From Nymphaea colorata (taxonomy: Eukaryota), in the NCBI RefSeq assembly GCF_008831285.2, contig NC_045138.2:24676001-24740000 (forward strand): a DNA stretch of 64,000 nt, written 5' to 3'. The position numbers were made by a program, and so were the translations under genes. Below, piece by piece: positions 1 to 10,106 of this stretch (its first letter is position 1; every line of letters starts with the position of its first letter). The notes beneath the pieces are model-generated. The model was not told the DNA's origin. It did not search any database and saw only the letters and a list, made by a program, of their open reading frames with translations.

Positions 1-865
1 ATTACAGATGGACCTCGAGTAGTGTTTTCAACCCAAAAAGGGCAAAGCGTAGTTGGTTGGGTTAACTGCAATAAGACATATCTTTCATTTAATTCTTATT
101 GGTGTTATGTCTCAAAAGGTATAATGGCTTTAGAAGCGGAGAGAATGGGGCAGCATAAGCATTCCGGCCGAAAACTAATTTTTCAGATGGTCGGTCGTTA
201 ACCTTTCCTTCATCTAGAAAACTAATTACGTATTTGAGGTGAGTTGGAGTCAAAATCAAGCCCGTCAACATTGACAGCTGATAATCAAGCAATGGCACCA
301 TTTACCAGCCCCAATCCCATTTTGGTCGTGGTTTCGTGTCTGGTTGAGACTGTTAGGAACAAAACAACAATAAACTCTCCTCTCGCACTCTCAAGAGAGG
401 GTTAGAAGCAATAAGGAAGAAGACAACGATTTACGTGGTTCAGAGCAATAATCTTCTACGTCCACGATCGCACAGATCTCTTGTATTCTCTCTCTTAGAT
501 GAACACACAGAACAGACTCTCACAAGCGGCGGCCATCCTCAAAACATAAGGATTATGGCAAACCCGTATTTGTACAAAATGACATATATGCCCTTACATA
601 TGGAAAGTATGGATCAAGTTCCATACACCAAGAAATACCAGTCCATGAATGAGCCAAAGTTATGAAGCAAATCGTTTTAAAACAGACAAATTTTGTCTTG
701 AAATTCGGAGCTTCTATGAAACTCCATGTGAATTCACATATTATGTCTGCTCCCCCCATTATTAATGTCTCATATTATGTCTGGTCCCCCCATTATCAAT
801 GTCCATTATTAATGTCTGGTCCCCCCGTTATCAATGTCTTGAGACATAAGTAGCAATCAATTAGG
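1..865. repeat. Third paralogous copy of the NAC-A upstream region (tail of array unit 0)
   Basis: 1-350 and 641-865 align by eye to ~8570-9048 and ~32520-32992 (shared 'gaaaactaattacgtatttgaggtgagttggagtcaaaatcaagcccgtca'). ORFs 89..301, 8647..8979 and 32592..32789 translate near-identically. Confidence 0.9.
351..640. mobile_element. ~290-bp insertion, probable solo LTR (Copia-like)
   Basis: Absent from the paralogous empty sites 'gagac|cagtccatg' (8881-8894) and ~32834. Begins TGTTA, ends TACCA (TG..CA). Contains 'gatttacgtggttc...ctacgtccac', a motif I recall from plant Copia LTRs. No intact TSD. Confidence 0.55.
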
Positions 866-931
866 TCATGGGTCAAGTACATCTCTGTGATCCCTTACAC
901 TTCAAAACTCCTTCCGGTTGCACAACACTAC
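866..931 (+). pseudogene. 66-bp decayed fragment of ABCG last exon at the unit0/unit1 junction
   Basis: 'tcatgggtcaagtacatctctgtgatcccttacac...gcacaacactac' is homologous to 25068-25133, 45254-45319 and the reverse complement of the ABCG gene ([22 protein letters not shown]). Confidence 0.85.
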
Positions 932-1634
932 GTGTTGCGTTTTTGAAGTAATAGCTTCAAAATTATATTGATGGCTCTCCGGAGAACAATAACAAACTAT
1001 TCCACATATCAGAATCATAAATCACAATATTACGGGGTTTCAACAGTATTCCCTAATTATATCCGGGTAAATACATTGAACAGTTTGCTACCATGCCAAA
1101 ACTTTGCACATACGTTCACTATATGTTGGAATCAGGCGTTTATCTGACCTGGAACCAACCGTTTGCATTTCACAACTGAAAAGAAAAAATAGGTATATAC
1201 ATTAAATCACCAATATTATATTTAAATATGAAAACATGGGTTACCTGTTTTAAGGTTCATTGACGAAAATTTTATATCCTACATGATGGGAGAAGCCAAA
1301 TCATATACAGGGACGCGTCGCGTATAATCACTTGATCGGCTCCAAGTTTTCGACTTTGGCTGCTAATTATATTGATTGGCTATGTGGTCGAACTATATAT
1401 CCCACGTTTTATTAGTGCAAGTGAAGTCCTAATTGACTATTTTGTAGAAATGTTTTTTCATTTACAATTCCAAACTGTCCTTTTCTTTTGGGAGTCCCAT
1501 CAATGTATATCATGAGCATGTGGTGGAGCCACTTATAGGGTGGACAATGGAATGCACGGACTCTAACCCCGGGCCCATGAGGAAGGAGAAGCCAAGTCTC
1601 CACTGGTTTTCTGTTTTTTTTTCAACACACTTTA

Positions 1635-1948
1635 GGTTGCCTTTGATTGCAAATCTTACATTTAGAGCTGCTTTTAAAACTTTGGATTTAAGATCTAAGG
1701 ATTTAAAAGCCCATGTTTTATGCTCTCCCTTAGCCTTTTTTCTTTCCTCTCCTATCTAACTTCACGTGTGAGTCTGAAATCCCCCACTTCAAGTCAAAAC
1801 CCCCAACCCCTTCGTATTTGAGATATCTATGGATTTCAGCATTTTCACAAATCTGAAATCTGCAGTTTTTAAATTTACAGTTTGATAAACCTCTGATTTA
1901 TGCAGCAAATTGGACCTGGATCTGAGATCCAAGGTTGTCAAATGCAAC
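1635..1948. mobile_element. Tourist/PIF-Harbinger MITE, right end truncated
   Basis: TTA + GGTTGCCTTTGA ... TCAAATGCAAC. The complete paralog at 25861-26163 has a TTA TSD. Confidence 0.7.
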
Positions 1949-2942
1949 AAGAGAATCGAATTAGGAACTGACCTTCTACTACCCACTAAATATTACTACC
2001 GCACAACATGTCGTGAATCTGTTAGATTGGAGGAACAATTAAGAGAGTGTCCTCTCTTCGCCTGCGACCTACAATTAGCCACTATAGGCACATGCCGAAA
2101 GACCTTACAAAATGTGCCTCACTTCATGTAAAAAGATATGATAAGGACATTTATTTTTTATGAATTATTAAACCTTTGGACCTTCTTCTCCTACATCTAA
2201 ACTTGGTTTTATCATGAAAGTAAGGCCGTACGCTGGCCTGATATGCAATTATCTATCATTTTTCATTTACGTTTGTAAGCGAAGATGTCCCTTTTTGCAG
2301 AAGCAACCTGTGGAATCACTTGGACTGGCATGACCTTCTGTGGAATCACTTGGACTGGCATGACCTTCCCTGAAACCTGCTTTATATTAATTGTCAAAAC
2401 AAATATGCGCTAAAGCATGGGTTCTCTCTTTTTCTTTATATATATATTATTATGTATATTGATTAATGTCAATGATTATCCAAAGTCATTCAGCTTACTC
2501 GTAAGGGTCATCCAGTCCTTGGTGATGAATGATAAAAAGAAAAACTATGATAAAAAAGCCATAGATACTTTCATCATGTAGTATTAGTTCATGTTTTCTT
2601 CTTTTTTATTTTTCTTTCAACTGTTTATCGTAAGATATCAAACAATCCTCTTGAGTGAGCTGGGATCAGAGTCACCATTCTCTGTAAAATAATAATGTCA
2701 CAAGGCTTGGTAAAAAAAAAGTTTTCTTTTTATCCGTTATTTCTTTCTTTGTCCGTAAAAAAGGTTCCCTTTTTCTGTTAAAAAGGAACATTTATAATCA
2801 TTAGGCATACTGCACACAAATTTTAATCATTAACGGGGCCTGCTCTTTTTTTTTTTTTTTTTTGACTGGCGCATAAAAACTACCCGTTCTTTCCGGCGAG
2901 AGATGGTAAAGAAGTTTTGTTGGGATAATAAGAATTCTCTTT

Positions 2943-4100
2943 GGGCTCCTTTGATGGTTGGAAATATAAAAAAGAAAAAAAAATCAGAAATAAATTTACG
3001 GTGAATGAAAAATAAAATTTCATATTTGGAAAACCCATATTTCGAAAACCACCTTGTCTTTGTTAACTTGGAAATATTTTTTTTTAAAAAAAATCTTCAT
3101 GGAAATGTTAACTTGGAAATATTTAAAAAAAAAAAAATTCTTCATGGAAATGGTGAGGAAGAAGGGAAGAAAAGAGGAGGAAGAAGGGAGCTTGGGAGGA
3201 AGAATGAAAGGGAAGGGAGGACGAGGAAGAAGGGATGGGAAGGAAAGGGAGGGAGGAGGAAGAATGAGGAAGAAGGGAAGGGAATGATGGAAGAAGAAGG
3301 AAGAAGGGAGGGGAAGGGAAGGGAGAGAGGAGGAGGAAGGGAAGGAGCGACGTGGGAGGAGGAAAAAATGCCCACGGTAAGCCCTTATTCTTCCTCTTCC
3401 TTCCTTCTCTTCTTCTTCCTCCCTCCATTCTTCGTCCACCCTCTTTCCCTTCTTCCTCCTCCTCCCTCCATTCTTAGTCCATCCTCTTTCCCTTCTTCCT
3501 CCTCGTCCCTTCCCATCCTCCTCCCTCTTTCCCCTTCCCTTCCTCCTTTTTCCGCCTCCCTTCTTCTTCCTCTTTCTTCTTCAGCCTCCTTTTCCTTCCT
3601 CCCTTTTCTGCCCCCCTTCTTCCTCCTCGTCCCTTCCCATCCTCCTCCCTCTTTCCCCTTCCCTTCCTCCTTTTTCCGCCTCCCTTCTTCATCCTCTTTC
3701 TTCTTCCGCCTCCTTTTCCTTCCTCCCTTTTCTGCCCCCCTTCTTCCTCTGTCCTCTTTCCCTTCTTCCTCCTCCCTTCTTCCCTTTTTAATCCCTCGCT
3801 CCCTTCTTCCTCCTCCTTCCTTCCCTTCTTCCTTCTTCCGTGCTTCCTTTTTCTTCCTCCTCCTTCCTTCCCTTCTTCCTCCACGTCTCTTCCTCAGGTA
3901 AAAAAAATTGCCCCTCTAGCTTAAAAAATATTTTCCCACCCCTCACTCCTCTGGCTGGAAAAATATTTCTCCACCTATTTTTTTACATTTTCACTTTTAA
4001 CAGTAAAAAAAAACCTGTGCTTGATGGAGAAGAAAAAATTTTAAAAATTTGAATTTTATCTCCTCCGTTACCGTTCTTTTTTACGCCATCAAACGGCCAT
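2943..4100. mobile_element. Non-autonomous PIF/Harbinger-type element with purine-rich then pyrimidine-rich core
   Basis: Termini GGGCTCCTTTGATGG / CCATCAAACGGCCAT followed by TAA, the same TIR type as 10107-13120. Core is a GA-rich block (~3150-3365) then a CT-rich block (~3385-3895). Confidence 0.7.
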
Positions 4101-5842
4101 TAAGGTTAAGCATTGACCGTAAAACCAAAGTTAAAATAGACCACAGGAACAACGCCAAAGAAAGCACGAGTTTAGTGACTCAGTCTGTGTGGTCTGGGTC
4201 CTTCTAAAGGGAGTGGAATTTGCCAGGTATACAGTAGAAGGTAATCCTGCCCACATTAGAGTGTTTGCAGGTACTAAAAAGATACTAATAAACTTGGGAA
4301 TTCTTTTTGCTTTTATTCCAAACAAGATGAATAAGCGGTAGCAAAAAACTTTCCCTTGAAAACAGCAAAGTTCATCACAGAAAAAACTTTCAGAATATTG
4401 CCGCCGTCCAATGCCACCGCGTGAAAGTCTTACCTATTTCATACGAAAGTTATCGCAGCTATGCACGTGCAAGTTTTTTTTACGAGTCTGGGCTCACGAG
4501 ATCGAACGGCCTTCTATTTCTTCTATTTTCTCGACCCACCTCTCTAAATGCAATCTGTATTTCGATGTGAAAGTGGAAACTAATTAAAATTCATGTCAGC
4601 CGAGAGAGTGAAAACGCTTGTACAGGTTCAGTTCTTGTGTTCATGAACATCTCTCAAGCGCATTATCACAACGTTGTTTTACATAATCAAGCTCGTCTCT
4701 TTTGTACTTTATGAACCATAAACTGCAGGGGAACTTGAATTTTGTTTCACATCAAACCAATCATACATCACCTTCTGAATGCCTCTTAAGGGGAATGCAG
4801 TGGCTACGGCCGTCATGTTGACCGGCTAACTTCAGCACAAAAGAACCTCGCCTCCCCTCAAACCCCCGTTTGGAAGTTGAATTGTGCTTATCATCAGTTA
4901 GTTTCGACTTTTTTTTTTTAAAAAAAAATGAGTTAAAGTAAACAAATCGAGGTTAGGAATCCATCTACAAGAAACTGACAAGGATCATGGAATCGAGGGA
5001 AAAGAAAAAACGTTCACAAATTTGCCATGTTTGTATCAGTGAACAACAAGAAACTGCACAGACAACATACCTTGTTTTTTTATCAGTGAACAGCAGGAAA
5101 CTAAACAGACAACATACCTTGTTCGCTGATGCATGGGAAGATAACCACGGTGATAGTGTTAATGTTAGATAGGTGAAGATAACCTTGCTGATACAGGAGA
5201 AAAATGCATCAGAGTACTTTGTTGTCTGCAGTTTGTCTCTGGTAGGGGCCACCCCGGCCCGAGTTATTTAATAATCCTAAAAGAAATGAACATGAATATT
5301 TCCCCCAGAAATTATTAGGAAATTGACAATCGACCATCATTTTCTTTAAGTTCGATCACAAACGAGAGGCTATTAGATTCTAAAGGTTAGTAGATGGTCG
5401 GTGATGATGAGCGCGAACAATTAGATCTTGAATTGGTCCTATCTCAGGAAGTCATAGAGCAGTAGCTGCCTGAGGGGTACACTGAAGTTCATCCTTGATA
5501 TTGAGGTCAAGTTTCGGTTGTCCTCATAAGCGTCCATGAATTTATGAATGTAATGTGATCCCGTTGAGCATACTTTGTCAACTGAAAGGCTAATTATTAT
5601 CTTAAATCTTATGCTTAGTGCCACAGTTAAAACTGTAAACATGATGCGAAGCGTGACTTAAACTAGGTCTGAAAGTGTACCTGACAGTCATCCATTCACA
5701 TGCGGGGATCATCTTCTTCCTCGGCCTTACAGAGAAACACAATTGAAATTGTAGTAGGAAACCAGCTGTAAAGGAAAAAAGGAAAATTGCATTTCGAACT
5801 AGGAACTTTTTTTATTAGCCTTCAGTTTAGTTGCCAATGAAC

Positions 5843-7193
5843 TCAATTAAACAAGCACGAGTATGGTTCCTGCTGGTGGTTTTGAAAGTAAAAGGAGTAT
5901 GGTTCCTGCTGGTGGTTTTGAAAGTAAAAGGCGTCTATCAGTGGGGTGGAAAAGTTTCCGCCAGTTTTCTCAGCGATACTAATACAATTACCCGCCATGT
6001 AGGTCGGCAGATTCATGAAAAAATCATCTGTAATGATGTTGAAATCTGAGCTGTATGTTAGTTGCTGTTGTTGGTAATCAGCGTTCATTTCCTGCACCGC
6101 CGTCCATTGGTTCACGTTGGACTTCGAACTTTGGTCGCCGTCGGCGGAAAGTGATGCAAAGGTCTCCCCATCCGAAGGGGAACTGGCGACTTCATCATGC
6201 TGTTTCAACCTTTGCATTCCCTTCTTCTGGCCGGTCTGCTTCTTGTAAATTCGGCACAGAACCCAATCATCAAGCTACAGCGGCAGCAAACGTATTCTCC
6301 AGTCAGTGGTAATTATAGCCTCCTAATAAAGCTTGATCATAGATGAAATATACAAAATTTTTTTCAATAAATTGGTTCGATTCTAAGTATGGTTTTCTTA
6401 AATCTTACAAAATGAACGTATATATATAAGTTGTAATTGTTCATTTGCAAATTTATTCTATGGGGAAACCACACTTCAGTGGAGCTGAGAGTCATAAAAC
6501 TAAAATAATGCGGAGATGTGCATAATTTAGACATTTAGTAGAACAACTCATTAGGAAAAGATTGGTGTTTCTGGTGCGGCACATACAATGTCTGGTTACA
6601 TAACTTGAATCTCAAGTGAAAGAAGTGCAAAAAGGGTGGTCACTTACGCAGCGGGTTGCTTTTTTTTGTGGGAAGCGGCCATTGTCATCTAGGAGCTGGT
6701 ATTCATGCATGATCCAATTGGTCTTGCTCCCGTTTGGAGGCTTTCCTACATAGAAAACGAGCGCCTTCTTGGTGCCCACTTTGCGGCCGTTGGCCACGAT
6801 GGTCTTGTCGGTGCCGGTAGCCTTCCAGAAGCCGGATCCGGCGCCCCTGTTGGGCCTCGACCCATTGGGGAACTTCCGGTGCCTCTGGCTGAAAAAATAC
6901 CACTCGTTGTCGCCAAAAAAAGCTTTACCTGCATCACCCAAATCAGCACATTTATAAAGAAATCAGAACCAGTAAGGAAGAGGCAGTAGAGAAGAAAATG
7001 GGTGGTGGCTGTGAGGGGACGGACCAGGCAGGTCCCATGGGTCGTGTCTGTAGAGGTGGACGTCTGCAATGACGTTGGAGGAGAAGGTGAGACCGGAGGT
7101 CTTGGGGAGGAGGTATTGGACCAGAAGCTCCTCATCGGTGGGGTGAAACCTGAACCCTGGTGGCAGGTACATCTCATTCCCTGTTCCTTCCAT
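5843..7193 (-). CDS. NAC domain transcription factor A1 (ATAF/NAP-like), 293 aa
   Basis: Exons 7193-7025, 6928-6648, 6274-5843 with GT-AG introns; 882 nt in frame. Motifs [62 protein letters not shown]. Alternative in-frame ATG at 7199. Confidence 0.95.
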
Positions 7194-7373
7194 CCTCATG
7201 CAACAGAAACGGATAGAGAGTTTGAGAGAAGAAGATAGGTAGAGAAAGACAGTATTGAAGCTGCTGCTAGACACAGAAAGAGAAAGACAGTATTGAAGCT
7301 GCTGCTAGACAGAGGAAGAGAAAGACAGGGATCAGGGCTCGTCCTCTGAAGGAGGCCGAACGATTCCAATTCA

Positions 7374-7434
7374 TTTTATAGATGAAGAAAAAGAGTAACA
7401 GAGGGATTTGGGAACGAGTTGAACTATGACGTAA
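7374..7434 (-). promoter_or_regulatory. TATA box (CTATAAAA, 7374-7381) and TGACGTAA bZIP/TGA-type element (7427-7434) of NAC-A1
   Basis: Both motifs are conserved at the same spacing upstream of NAC-A2 (31248-31255 and 31301-31308). Confidence 0.55.
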
Positions 7435-10106
7435 TTGCAAACATCAACCCTCGAATGGAAGCTATTTACTTGCTTCGACTCTTTTGTGTATATGCAGATA
7501 TATTTGGTACAAACCTTTATTTAGTTTCCAAATTGCCTTTTTAGGTTATAAAATTCACAGACCAATTTTTGTGATCCTTGTCGATTCAAAGATGCACTTT
7601 TCAAAAAGCAAAAATTTTATTAAGAAAACTAAAAATTGGTCTTCTTTTTAATATATATATATATATATACCGAAGTTGCGTGCACATGCCCACATGCGAC
7701 TCCGCCGCTGACCAAGGATGATTTTGACATGAACTTACGACAGATTTAATTCGATCCACCAGCTTCTTCAGTTTCTTGATGATGGTAAAGTTTGGAATTA
7801 TTTGATGCGGGCGAGGTAGAGGGATTCTTATCAATTTATGCATGTGGTGGGCCTTACTGTGTCGGGCCCCATTCACTATGCATGCGAGAAATGAAAGGGA
7901 TTGAACAACTTGAAAATTGCTGTTGAGACCTAAATGCATGTAGATTTTTAAATTTTCTTCGGATCTTAGAATTTAAGTGATTATAATCACTGAAGATGCA
8001 AAGGTTCAATTTAGCATCCCATTTCTTGGGATCCAAAGGTTTAAACCAACATATTGTAAGTTTTAATATATACTTTACTTCTTCAAAACTCTAGGAGGAG
8101 CATTGCCCTTTCTGGCCCCTTCTTGCCTCCACTCACTCACCTCCACTCTCTCTCTCTCTCCCTTTCTGTTTGTGTGTGTGTAATGAACTGATGTCATCAA
8201 AGCACACTCCAAATTAGATTTTTGGGGGCAAAACAATTTATTGCGTCCAAAACAGATTTTTTAGAATGTTTGGATGATGCCAAAACCATATTTTCTCAAA
8301 TATCATTTTTTAAAAAACCCTAGTTTCTAAAATGGATTGAATAACTGGGTTTTTACAAAAGAAAAAAAGAACTTTAGGTGTATCATTCTCAAATGTAGAA
8401 CTAATTTTCAAGCATGATTAGAAAACCCTTTTTTCACAAAAGCAATTTTTTCAGGACAGCTTTTGACGAAGAAACGTTATCCAATTAAACACACCCTTGG
8501 GGGTTTGGGCAAAACTCAGTTTTATATCTATCAAAGGGCAGAGCGTAGCCCTTGGGGTTTGGGCAAAACTCAGTTTTATATCCATCAAAGGGCAGAGGGT
8601 AGTTGGTTAGGTTAACTGCATGCATGCAAGGAGACATATCTTTCATTTAATTCTTACAGGCGTTATGCCTCAAAAGGTATAGTGGCTTTAGATGGGCAGC
8701 ATAAGCATTGGGGCCGAAAACTAATTTTGCAGATGGTCGGTCGTTAACCTTTCCTTCATCTAGAAAACTAATTACGTATTTGAGGTGAGTTGGAGTCAAA
8801 ATCAAGCCCGTCATTGACAGCTGATAATGGCACCATTGACCAGCCCCAATCCCATTTTGGTCGTGGCTTGGTGTCTGGTTGAGACCAGTCCATGAATGAG
8901 CCAAAGTTACGAAGCAAAGCGTTTTAAAACAGACAAATATTTTGTCTTGAAATTCGGAGCTTCTACGAAACTCCACCATGTGAATTCACATATTATGTCT
9001 GCTCCCCCCATTATTAATTTCTTCAGACATAAGTAGCGATCAACTAGGCTGTTCTGTTCATATTCCAAGATTTAATTAATCTTTCTGTTCTTCCCTTCTT
9101 TTTCGCCACCACCTTAGAAGCACCTGCGGTCTGAGTTATTCCACGAACAAAGGTTTTGCAAATCTCTCACCAGTTGGATTTTGAATCCATCGAGATTGAT
9201 TGGCTGCGACCATTACGTAAATTTTTTGGCATCTCTGAGTCCTCCTGACATTAGCTTATGATTTCTGTATTCTCGGGCAAGACGCACCAAACATCAACCT
9301 GTCCACTTCCATGGTCTGTAATAAGGACATCCATATAGCCGTCCGGCTTTTTTTTTTTTTTTTTTTTTTTTTGGCTCATATGAGATTCAAAAGTCACCTC
9401 AGATTTCACTTTTCTCTTCGGAGACACGATGAAATTGGAAGGAAACCACAAGTCTCAGTCTCCGGCCCCCCTTCCCCTCCCATCTTGGTCAAAACTTATA
9501 ACGAGGATAGTGACATAGGGTGCATCATGGGCCCCCGTTTATTATGGTCAATTTGTTAATACTAGGCATTCGAAATACATTTTACCAAAGGAAAAATGTG
9601 ATTTCCCACTCCTGACATGACTGATCATGCTATATGGTCCTTATATTCTCGTCTAAAATTAAACTAATGTTTGTTGGCCTCTCCTGTATGTTAAAGTATT
9701 TATCAAAATTCAACTGCATAGATAGACTCACAAAATAAAATTATATGGTTGAAAATGACCAAACTAAGATATTGCTGTTTAATGTCATATGTATAGCTAA
9801 GGCTAATTACGTACATTTTAATTCTCGTGATCACCTTTTTAATTTGAAACTCATATTTTGAACATGTAAATTCAACCCCAGATCAGCTGAGTTTCAAGTC
9901 AATGTTCCTAGAAATGCATGGCCGCTTAGATGGCTAGATAGATCGGTGACGAACCGATGGCAGAGCAATTTGATCCTTTGGAGCTCATTTATCAATGGAA
10001 AGAAAGCCATGTTATCTGCTCCAAAAATTGTGACTGTTTCAAGAAAAAAATTATCGCTGTTTCAAGAAACATAGTACAGTTTGATAAATATAATCTCATT
10101 CTTTAA

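Noticed and set aside
3005..3901. Long overlapping ORFs (298 aa etc.; also 27273-27881)
   Set aside because: Stop-free by-product of GA/CT low complexity inside a transposon; frames are not conserved between paralogs.
6703..7238. Antisense and alternate-frame ORFs over NAC exons (also over ABCG exons)
   Set aside because: Shadow ORFs of GC-rich coding sequence.
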